NCBI GenBank assembly: GCA_035455165.1
Contig: DATIFP010000249.1
Location: 4,528 to 68,527, forward strand
Origin: Blastocatellia bacterium
GTDB taxonomy: Bacteria; Acidobacteriota; Blastocatellia; UBA7656
Direction: 5' to 3'
Length of the DNA: 64,000 nt
Part shown: one piece after another, positions 39,143 to 47,179 of the stretch
Layout of the letters: every line of letters begins with the position of its first letter
How positions within the stretch are numbered: the first letter of the stretch is position 1
Notes under the pieces: generated by a model
Database searches by the model: none
Seen by the model: the letters and a program-made list of their open reading frames with translations, nothing else
Told to the model about the DNA's origin: nothing
Position numbers and translations under genes: made by a program

Positions 39143-39712
39143 TGTTTCACTCCTCTTCTGGTTTCTAATTTGTCTTCTGGATCGAGCGTTCATCGCTCGC
39201 CTCCGAATGAACAGTGCAAGCCGGTATCGTCAAAATACATAACTTCCCATGACTTCTTTTCGTTGACCTGAGCTCGGAGAAAATAGGCTTGGGTGTTCTT
39301 ATGGTCGCCGCACCCCCCGGCACTACTTTCGAGAGAGTTTTGAACGGTTGCTTGAGCCGGCCGCTCCACACGTTGGTCACGGAGGAGCGAACTATTAAGG
39401 GTTCAAGTCGATTCCCTGGGGTTTCGGTGGTGTAATCTTGTGTTGGTCCGTAGTCGGCTACTTGAGCGCCGAAGGCGCGTGATTGAAATAGCCGGGGCAA
39501 GTTGTTTCATCCATTCAATGATTGAGTGGAGTGGACATTTCCTCGTCGAAATTCAACAACGAAACAGAGGATAACCGCGTAGCGGTTGCCGCTGCGCACG
39601 AGAAACCTGCCCGCAGCCGAATGTTACAAACATTCAACCGCTACGTGCTTGTGAGTTTTGTAAGTACACGGGGCTTAGCGGATTCGCGCGCGTGTTGGGA
39701 ACAGAAAACTCT

Positions 39713-40987
39713 CTATCGTCGCGTTCCGCGGCTTGAGCTCAGTGCAGACGCAGCATCAAGGCGGTAACGAATCGCACCGTCGATGTCCGCAGCCTTTGAG
39801 ATGATGCGTTGCGCCACCTTTGGCGTGCTGAGCGTCGGGCTCGTGGCGCGCACAAGGGCCGCAGTGCCGGCCACCAGTGGTGTCGCCATCGAAGTGCCGC
39901 TCCAGGTTCCATACCCGCCGCCCGGGACGGTGCTCAGGATACCTTCCCCCGGAGCCGCAAGACTCACCCACGAGCCATAATTCGAAAAGGTCGCGATCGT
40001 GTCGTTTTGCGTGCTCGCGCCGACCGCAAGCTCGCCTCCGATTCGATCGCCCGCCGGGTACTCTGGTTTTGAGCTGCTGCTATTTCCCGCCGCCGCGACC
40101 ACGACGGCGCCTCGCGCGTCTGTCAGGAAACATGGAAGATCATCTGCGGACGAGTGAGTCGGATCGCTGCACGTCACCGCCTTCAACACGTCGCGGATCA
40201 AACTGCTAGCTTCCAGAGTGGACATGCTGAGGTTTATCACACTGGCGCCATCATCAGTATTGGGATCTCCGTCCGGGTCTATCGCCCAAGCCAGAGCCTC
40301 CGCGAGGGCCCATTCGTCGCCGACACCATCGGCGTTCAGAACCCGCACCGGCATTATCATCGCATCAGGCGCCGCCAGATTAATCAATCCCGCGACGTGA
40401 GTGCCGTGCCCGAAAAGCGGATTTGTCCCGTACACGCCGACCTCGCTCGGGTCCGAATCCAGATCGACAAAATCAAACCCTCGCGCGAGTCTTCCTGACA
40501 GGGCCGGGTGCGTCATATCGACGCCAGTGTCCAGCACGGCTACCGTGACTCCGAACCCGCCTGTCACCGCGTGCGCATCGGGCAGGCGGATTATGCTCGC
40601 AGCCCACTGCGCGACGTAATCCCCCGCGCTTCCCCCTCCAGCCCAAAGCACCCTCCCCTGACCTTCGGGTGCGTGAGTAGAAAAATTGGGCTCGGCATAT
40701 ACAACCCGCAACAGTGGATCAGCAACGAGCGCCTCGGCTTTGTCCCGCGGGGAAACTCCGTCTAGAATGCGCAAGCGGTATATCGGTCGCGATCCAAACT
40801 GATCGATTGGATTAGGATCAAGTGCGTAATCCGCGGCCACTCCCGCCAATGAGTCGGCGCCTCTCAGCTTTACCACAACCTCGGCCAGGGGTTCAGACCA
40901 CGAACGCGCGGGCCGAATAAGATTGGCCGCGCAAAACAAGGCACATCCCGCAAGTACACACAGCGGTCGCAAGGCGGCATGACGCAT
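39713..40987 (-). CDS. secreted S8 family (subtilisin-like) serine peptidase
   Basis: Signal peptide plus the catalytic triad motifs VAVLDTGVD, HGTHVAG and SGTSMATP. Confidence 0.85.
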   Translation of the reverse strand: MRHAALRPLCVLAGCALFCAANLIRPARSWSEPLAEVVVKLRGADSLAGVAADYALDPNPIDQFGSRPIYRLRILDGVSPRDKAEALVADPLLRVVYAEPNFSTHAPEGQGRVLWAGGGSAGDYVAQWAASIIRLPDAHAVTGGFGVTVAVLDTGVDMTHPALSGRLARGFDFVDLDSDPSEVGVYGTNPLFGHGTHVAGLINLAAPDAMIMPVRVLNADGVGDEWALAEALAWAIDPDGDPNTDDGASVINLSMSTLEASSLIRDVLKAVTCSDPTHSSADDLPCFLTDARGAVVVAAAGNSSSSKPEYPAGDRIGGELAVGASTQNDTIATFSNYGSWVSLAAPGEGILSTVPGGGYGTWSGTSMATPLVAGTAALVRATSPTLSTPKVAQRIISKAADIDGAIRYRLDAASALSSSRGTRR

Positions 40988-41034
40988 GACCCCTCCGATG
41001 TCACCGGATTTTCTTCAGTGTGTTCCTCTTTAAG

Positions 41035-41074
41035 AGTGCGTCGGCGAGGCGAAAAAATACACGGCGGTTGAAAA
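41035..41074 (-). promoter_or_regulatory. bipartite conserved motif, copy A (TTTCAACCG...TGTATTTT...GACGCACT), upstream of the S8 peptidase gene
   Basis: Near-identical to copy B at 44573-44612. The GACGCACT end lies 47 nt before the S8 ATG. The AAC-containing upstream half resembles an ECF -35 element. Confidence 0.5.
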
Positions 41075-41091
41075 TACTTCTGGCGGCGCGC

Positions 41092-43938
41092 CTACCAGCG
41101 CCCGAGCAGTATGAACGGCGCCCAAAAGAACGGATGGGGCTGGCTCTTGATTATCTCGCGCTGCGCCAAACGCAGGGCTGCGCCAGGGCGCCCGACCTCG
41201 AGCAGATGCCGATAGAACGCTGACATGAACGAGGCTGTTTGTTCGTCATCAACTTTCCACAGCGTAAGGAGCAGTGACGGCGCGCCCGCCGAAAAGAAGC
41301 CGCGTGCCAGACCGATCAACTCGTCGCCGGGCGCGATCGCGCTCACCCCCGTCTCGCAAGCGCTCAACGTTACCAGCACGCAATTCAAATCGAGGTTATA
41401 CGCATCGCGAACGGTTAGCCATCCGTCGGCAAGTCTCAAGGATGAGAAGAGCGGATTGTCCGAGCGAAACTGGCCGTGACACGCGAGGTGCAGCACATCC
41501 GCGGACGGTGCGTTCGCGGCGAGCGCCGCCAGCGTAGCCTCGTCGTCCAACAACGTGACTGACTCGTCAAACATCGGCGCCAGATCTGCAACTTCATCGC
41601 GGACTCGAGGGGCATGCTCGTCGGGCACTCCCACCAACAGCGCGCGGCGAAGCTGGTGTCGCGGCGCCGCCAGACAGTGACCCAGGACCGTCGCGCTCGG
41701 AGCACAGACGACCTCGCGCCGATCGATCACGTAACCGTCGCCGTCGTGAAGCGCGTGAAACGGCACATAATGCAAAGCCCGGTGCGGAACCACGCAAAGC
41801 CTGCGCTCACCGATTCGATCCTCGATCGACCCCAGCAACAAGTCGTAGAGCGTCATCAGGTGGCGTTGCGCTCGTGCGGCCAACTGGTCCAGGTGCTTGC
41901 GCAGCTCACGCGAGCCGCCGCGAAGTGTATCAATCTGGAAGTGCAACCGCCCGAGCGCCGCGGCGACTTCATCCTCGGCCGCCAGGTGCCTCACGACTTC
42001 AACCTGTTCATCTGTGACTACGAACGCCAACAACTCGCCTTCGAGGCTGAAGTATTCGACAAGCGCGGTCTCGGGTCCAAGGCTCTGTTGAAGCGCTTTC
42101 GATTCAATCGGCTCGATGCTCGACAGACCAAGTCCGCCGTGCTGTTGAAGCTGCCGCAGGATCTCGGTCGTCGCAAGCTCGCGCTCGCGCATGGCCTCCC
42201 GAAGCTCCGTTCTCCTCTCTGCGGTCGGGCCGGTTCCCGTTATGGGTGATTGATTGAGTTGGCGATAGACCCAGTTCAACTCCTCGCCCAATCCTGCGAG
42301 CCGCCCGAGAAGTTCCCGTTCAAACGAATCGCGCGACCTCGGCCGAGGTTCGATTGCGCCCCCCATCATCTCCATCAGCGCCCGGGACCGGGCTCGCTCG
42401 ACAAAATGCAGCGCCTCGGCTGCTCTGGGTTGTCCGTCGCCGAGACACAGTCGGACCATCTCGACATAGGGAATTAGCTTGTCGCTGACGAAGGCTGTGC
42501 GGAATTCGTCGGAGGGCAATAGCGCGCGAAGCCGCTCAACCAATTCGACTGCACGTATGAAGTATGCCTCCGCACGAGGGTTGTCACCGGATTGCGCGGC
42601 AAGAATGCCGAGCGATGTGAGGCACCTCTCGGCTAGCTGGGGTAAGGCCTGAGCCTCGGCGTCACTGAGCGCTCTGCTGAACAGGAGTTGCGCCTCGGCT
42701 ATCTGGCCGACCGCGCGAGCGGCCTCGCCTCGAAGCCATCGCGCGTACAGCAAACGCTCCCAGCTCCCGGCCTCCGTTAGCTGAGCTTCAGCGAGCCGGG
42801 CAAGCCGAGCCGCCGATCCAGAATCGCCTTCCCTCTGGTACAGCTGCGCCTCGGTCAGAGTAACAAGCGCGGCCCCTGTAGCGTTGCCTTCAGATGCGTA
42901 GAGCTCACGCGCTTCCGCAAGCCAGCCTCGCGCCTCCCTTGCATTGCCCAACATAAGGCACGCCCGTCCGCGGCAAGCGAGGGCTCGCGCCTGCTCAGCT
43001 CTAAGACCAAGCGCCGCAAACGTCGGTATTACTCGCTCGTATATCGCCGCGGCTTCGGCGGCGAGATTCAACTCAAGATAGGCGTCAGCCAGTTCCTGCT
43101 CGGCAATTGCCATCTCGTGGCGCATACCGAGCCCGGCATAACGGCGCCTCGACGTCTCCAAGAGATCGAGCGCGCGATCGTAGCGGCCTTGAAACAACGC
43201 AAGGAACCCGAGATCGCACTCTATCGCCGCTTGGCCCACGAGGTGGCCCGTCTTCTCCGCGCGCGCTAGGGCTTGCTCGTACAGCGAAATCGCATCGCGA
43301 AACTTGTATTGGTAAATCAAAGCCGTAGCTAGGCAAGTCTCGATCAAAACGAGCTGTTTCGGATCGTCTTCTTGCTCGAATCGGGTTAGACTCGCGCGAT
43401 AGAGTTGTTCCGCTTCGGCGTAACGATCGCGGCGAAAGTTGATATTGCCGAGATTCTGTTCGATCTGCGCAGCGCCGAGGGTGTCTCCAAGCGCGAGAAA
43501 AGTATCCCGTGCGCGCACGCCGCACTCGACCGCTTCGTCGTAGCGCCCGAGCAGCGCCAGAGCGTGCAGCTTGTTGACCTGCGTTGAGGCGGCCAGCCGC
43601 GTCAACCTGAGGGCTCCGAAACACGCGGCCGCCTCTTCCAGCCTTGCTACCGCCAGTTCCGCTTGACCGGTGACGTGAAGGAACGCAACTCCAGCGGCCC
43701 AGAGTGAAATCGCGGCTATCGTGGAATCGCGAGTAATATCGGCGAGAGATTCAAGGGCGCTCGCGGCACCTTGCGCACGAGCAGGGTCGCTATATTTGGC
43801 GTCGTCGAAGAACGCCTTGAGCGAGTAAGCCAGCTCAACGTCGAGAGCCGAAGCGTGCCCGGCAAAGAGCGACGCTCGTTCAACCTCGCTGGCCGCCGAA
43901 AGACGAGCGGCCAACTCTTCGCGGGTCATGCTATGCAC
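41092..43938 (-). CDS. TPR-repeat CHAT-domain (caspase-like) protease
   Basis: The N-terminal ~600 aa are TPR-like repeats. The C-terminal CHAT domain has catalytic His (VLHLACHGQF) and Cys (LVTLSACETG). No signal peptide. The start is GTG 43938 or ATG 43929. Confidence 0.85.
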   Translation of the reverse strand: MHSMTREELAARLSAASEVERASLFAGHASALDVELAYSLKAFFDDAKYSDPARAQGAASALESLADITRDSTIAAISLWAAGVAFLHVTGQAELAVARLEEAAACFGALRLTRLAASTQVNKLHALALLGRYDEAVECGVRARDTFLALGDTLGAAQIEQNLGNINFRRDRYAEAEQLYRASLTRFEQEDDPKQLVLIETCLATALIYQYKFRDAISLYEQALARAEKTGHLVGQAAIECDLGFLALFQGRYDRALDLLETSRRRYAGLGMRHEMAIAEQELADAYLELNLAAEAAAIYERVIPTFAALGLRAEQARALACRGRACLMLGNAREARGWLAEARELYASEGNATGAALVTLTEAQLYQREGDSGSAARLARLAEAQLTEAGSWERLLYARWLRGEAARAVGQIAEAQLLFSRALSDAEAQALPQLAERCLTSLGILAAQSGDNPRAEAYFIRAVELVERLRALLPSDEFRTAFVSDKLIPYVEMVRLCLGDGQPRAAEALHFVERARSRALMEMMGGAIEPRPRSRDSFERELLGRLAGLGEELNWVYRQLNQSPITGTGPTAERRTELREAMRERELATTEILRQLQQHGGLGLSSIEPIESKALQQSLGPETALVEYFSLEGELLAFVVTDEQVEVVRHLAAEDEVAAALGRLHFQIDTLRGGSRELRKHLDQLAARAQRHLMTLYDLLLGSIEDRIGERRLCVVPHRALHYVPFHALHDGDGYVIDRREVVCAPSATVLGHCLAAPRHQLRRALLVGVPDEHAPRVRDEVADLAPMFDESVTLLDDEATLAALAANAPSADVLHLACHGQFRSDNPLFSSLRLADGWLTVRDAYNLDLNCVLVTLSACETGVSAIAPGDELIGLARGFFSAGAPSLLLTLWKVDDEQTASFMSAFYRHLLEVGRPGAALRLAQREIIKSQPHPFFWAPFILLGRW

Positions 43939-44527
43939 CTAAATTCAGTTCAGGAATCTCCATCTCGATGTCCCCAAGCCGCAGCAGGAGCTTGTAGGCG
44001 CCTTCCGCCATAGCAGGCAGCTCGAATTCGCACATCGGGTTCAGCGCAACTCTGACCGCCGCCGAGGCGTTGCTAAGCTCTACCGTGCCTCCCGCGCACT
44101 CGCCGAGCACTTGTCCGCACAGCACCCAGCCTTCCGCGTCCGGCTTCACCTGCAAGTGTAGCTGACTTTCTCCCGCGCTGAAGACTAGCTGCCTTCCCGC
44201 CCCGGCCGCGGCTCGCATTCCCATCGCTGGAACCGCCTGAAGACTATCGAAAGTGAGCGCAGCCACCAATCGCCTGAGCGCCGACGCCTCACCGCGCGCA
44301 CGCGACCGAAATGAACTCAACGCGCCCGCGATTGCTTGTCGCGGGGCGTCCTCCGACGCGTCCTCGCGCATCATCTTGATTGTGTCTTCGAGACGCGTTC
44401 GCTGCGCCGCGCACCCCTCGCAACGATCAAGGTGCGCGCGCGCCTGAAGAAGCTCGTCCCCGCCGAGCCGGCCTTCAACGAGGTCGACCATTTCTTCGAA
44501 ACGTATATGAGGTAGCGTAACCTTCAT
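43931..44527 (-). CDS. soluble zinc-binding anti-sigma factor (zf-HC2 type)
   Basis: The N-terminus has H-x3-C-x2-C (AHLDRCEGC) directly downstream of an ECF sigma gene. No TM segment. Its stop overlaps or abuts the CHAT start. Confidence 0.6.
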   Translation of the reverse strand: MKVTLPHIRFEEMVDLVEGRLGGDELLQARAHLDRCEGCAAQRTRLEDTIKMMREDASEDAPRQAIAGALSSFRSRARGEASALRRLVAALTFDSLQAVPAMGMRAAAGAGRQLVFSAGESQLHLQVKPDAEGWVLCGQVLGECAGGTVELSNASAAVRVALNPMCEFELPAMAEGAYKLLLRLGDIEMEIPELNLGA

Positions 44528-44572
44528 GGACTCGCTCCGTGAGGGGCCTGTGTTATCTCGCTCCGTCTAAAC

Positions 44573-44612
44573 AGTGCGTCCACGCGAACGGAAAATACAG
44601 CCGGTTGAAATC
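44573..44612 (-). promoter_or_regulatory. bipartite conserved motif, copy B, upstream of the anti-sigma/CHAT genes
   Basis: The minus strand reads TGA-TTTCAACCGGCTGTATTTTCCGTTCGCGTGGACGCACT. The GACGCACT end lies 45 nt before the anti-sigma ATG, and the motif starts immediately after the sigma stop codon. Confidence 0.5.
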
Positions 44613-45189
44613 AAATCCCCTCGTCTTTGAGAAGACGCATGAGCTTTTTCAGGCATCGCGCGCGGGTCGGGCCGATGCTGCCTTCCGGTATTCCGAGCGC
44701 AGACGCAATCTCTGAATACGGCGGGGGCTCCGAGCAGTAGAAGAGTAACGTGACCAGATCGCGGCAACGCTCATCGAGCGAGATCACCGCTGTGCGGATG
44801 CGGTGCTCTTTCTCGAGGCGCAACAACTCTTCCTCGGGCAGCGGCGCCTCGTCCCTAAACTCGGGCCAGTCGCGCTGCTCACTATCGAGGTTCTCGTAAG
44901 ACTCTCCTGACGCCCTCTGACGAAATATAAGGCGCCAGGTCTCGCGCTTTGCCGCGGTGACGAGCCAAGCATGAAGCCGCTCGGGCTGCTCAATCGAGTC
45001 GAGTCGCGCTACCAGGCTGGCAAAGACATTCTGGAAGACGTCACTGGCAGCGAATTCGTCCAAACCAGCTCGGCGAGGAATGCTGTAAATCAATCGCTGG
45101 TATCGCGCGACGAGTCTCTCCCAAGCCGCCTCATCCCCACGGCGGCACGCCGAAACCAGCGCATCATCAGTGGGTTTCGTCACTTGCAT
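44611..45189 (-). CDS. ECF-type RNA polymerase sigma-70 factor
   Basis: Region 2 (DVFQNVFASLV...LHAWLVTAAKRETWRL) and the region 4 HTH (YSEIASALGIPEGSIGPTRARCLKKL). Confidence 0.85.
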   Translation of the reverse strand: MQVTKPTDDALVSACRRGDEAAWERLVARYQRLIYSIPRRAGLDEFAASDVFQNVFASLVARLDSIEQPERLHAWLVTAAKRETWRLIFRQRASGESYENLDSEQRDWPEFRDEAPLPEEELLRLEKEHRIRTAVISLDERCRDLVTLLFYCSEPPPYSEIASALGIPEGSIGPTRARCLKKLMRLLKDEGI

Positions 45190-45236
45190 CCCAAGCTTCC
45201 ACTCGACTGGAAGTGCGCAAGCATCTTAGACGCTGA

Positions 45237-45698
45237 TTAGTTCTCCTTGACGGTGACGCCGGTCATGACGTCGCCCGCGCGAAGCTGTTTCACGGCATCC
45301 ATTCCGTCGATCACTCTTCCAAACACTGCGTAGTTCATGTCCAGAAAGTCCGCCTTGCCAATGGTAATGTAGAACTGCGACGACGCGCTGTTCGGATCTG
45401 AGGACCGGGCCATCGCAAGGGCGCCCGCATCCCCGTGCTTGAGAGCCGGGCTTACCTCCAGTTTGATCCTGCGCTCCCGGCCAGTCTGCGGATCGACGAA
45501 GCCGCCGGTTCCGTTGCCTTTCGGGTCTCCCCCCTGAATCACAAAGCCAGGCTCGTAGCGATGAAACTTCAGCCCGTTATAGAAGCCGCGCTCGATCAGA
45601 TCGATGAAATTGCCCGCGGTGATCGGAGCTTTGTCCTCATAGAGCTCGACCGTTATGCTGCCCTTGTTGGTTTCGATGATTGCTTTTCGATTTCCCAT
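45237..45698 (-). CDS. peptidyl-prolyl cis-trans isomerase (cyclophilin type)
   Basis: [15 protein letters not shown] and SQFYIT motifs. Length is 153 aa. Confidence 0.9.
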   Translation of the reverse strand: MGNRKAIIETNKGSITVELYEDKAPITAGNFIDLIERGFYNGLKFHRYEPGFVIQGGDPKGNGTGGFVDPQTGRERRIKLEVSPALKHGDAGALAMARSSDPNSASSQFYITIGKADFLDMNYAVFGRVIDGMDAVKQLRAGDVMTGVTVKEN

Positions 45699-45811
45699 CC
45701 TCTCTCCTTCTCGATTTAAGATGTCATCGACTCTAGCATCGCGACCGAGCCCCTACAAGTTGCCTCTATCGCGAGCACCAAATATACTGCTCCGTCTTAC
45801 ACAAACTGGTT

Positions 45812-45914
45812 ATGAGCAAAACCAGGCCGATCAGATGGCGTTGTCCACAGTGCGCTAGAGAGTTTGCTCGAAAAGAGCCAGGCCCATTCGTGCAAGGTGG
45901 TAGTTCGTTCGTAG
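45812..45914 (+). pseudogene. possible 5' remnant of a small zinc-ribbon (CPxC...HSC) gene with a frameshift
   Basis: ATG at 45812 gives MSKTRPIRWRCPQCAREFAR. A +1 shift in the A-run at about 45870 restores KSQAHSCKV, and reading then stops at 45912-45914. See findings. Confidence 0.3.
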
Positions 45915-46012
45915 CTCGGCCTTTAGGCGGAAGTTTCTAGAGCGAACTGTGGTAAGCGACGATTACCACTTCCGCCTGAAGGCGGGACTACAAGCATTCA
46001 TCAGGAGACACA

Positions 46013-47179
46013 ATGAACGTCACACACCTCTACTGTTCGTCGTGCCGCAAACTGCGCGAAGCTCGTGGGCTCGCGAACCTGTGCGATTGCGGGAAACCGT
46101 TGATGGTCGCTTATGACCTCGAGCGGGCCGCAACCACACTCAAGCGCGAAGCTCTTGCAGCACGGCAACCGAATCTCTGGCGTTACCGCGAGGTGCTTCC
46201 GGTTGATGATGACCGAAACATCTTGACCCTTGGCGAAGGAATGACGCCTCTGCTCAAGGCCAATCGGCTTGGCGCGCAGCTGGGGATGCCGAATCTGTTC
46301 ATCAAGGACGAGTCGCTCAACCCGACTGCTTCGTTCAAGGCTCGTGGCATGGCCGTAGCGATTTCGATGGCAAAGGAGCTTGGCGTGAGGAAACTCGCGG
46401 TGCCGTCGGCGGGTAACGCCGCGGGCGCGCTCGCGGCTTACGCTGCGAAGGCGGGAATCCCGGCATTTATTTTCATGCCACGGGACACCCCGGCGGCGAA
46501 CATCATCGAATGCAGGCAAATGGGCGCCCACGTGGAGTTGATAGACGGCCTGATAACCGACTGCGGCAAGATTGTCGCGGAACGGAAAGTCGCGGAAGGC
46601 TGGTTTGATGTTTCGACTCTCAAAGAGCCCTATCGTGTGGAAGGCAAGAAGACTATGGGCTACGAACTGGCAGAGCAAATGAACTGGGAGTTGCCGGATG
46701 TGATTCTCTATCCGACCGGAGGGGGAACTGGATTGATTGGAATGTGGAAGGCGTTTGACGAGATGGAACGCCTGGGCTGGATTTCGAGCCGCCGCCCAAG
46801 GATGGTGACGGTTCAGGCGGAAGGCTGCGCACCGATCGTCAAGGCTTTTGCTTCGGGAGCTAGCGCTGGAGCGGATATTCCAGACGCTCACACTGTGGCT
46901 GCGGGGCTCAGAGTACCCAAGGCCGTGGGCGATTTCATAATGCTCGATGTGCTGCGCAAGAGCGGCGGCACCGCCGTGTCGGTGACCGATGCAGAGTTGA
47001 TCGGGGCGGTGAAAGAGATCGGCTCCGCCGAAGGGATATTCGCCGCCCCCGAAGGCGCAGCTTGTTTGCCGGCGCTGAAGCAACTGGTGGCACGAGGCGA
47101 GGTCGGTCTCGATGATAGAGTTGTGCTGTTTAATACGGGCTCGGGCTTGAAGTACCTTGAGGCCTTCAAATCGGCTTAA
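46013..47179 (+). CDS. thrC: threonine synthase
   Basis: N-terminal Cys-rich region and the PLP-lysine motif [12 protein letters not shown]. The Gly-rich loop [10 protein letters not shown] is also present. Confidence 0.85.
   Translation: MNVTHLYCSSCRKLREARGLANLCDCGKPLMVAYDLERAATTLKREALAARQPNLWRYREVLPVDDDRNILTLGEGMTPLLKANRLGAQLGMPNLFIKDESLNPTASFKARGMAVAISMAKELGVRKLAVPSAGNAAGALAAYAAKAGIPAFIFMPRDTPAANIIECRQMGAHVELIDGLITDCGKIVAERKVAEGWFDVSTLKEPYRVEGKKTMGYELAEQMNWELPDVILYPTGGGTGLIGMWKAFDEMERLGWISSRRPRMVTVQAEGCAPIVKAFASGASAGADIPDAHTVAAGLRVPKAVGDFIMLDVLRKSGGTAVSVTDAELIGAVKEIGSAEGIFAAPEGAACLPALKQLVARGEVGLDDRVVLFNTGSGLKYLEAFKSA

Noticed and set aside
39395-39425. tRNA-like T-arm sequence GGGTTCAAGTCGATTCCC.
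   Set aside because: The potential stem encloses a 12-nt loop rather than a 7-nt T-loop. No acceptor, D or anticodon arms can be built around it.
46001-47083. 360-aa ORF on the minus strand opposite threonine synthase.
   Set aside because: It is fully antisense to a gene with clear thrC motifs. Its Arg/His/Cys/Pro-rich composition has no motifs and is typical of a shadow ORF in GC-rich DNA.
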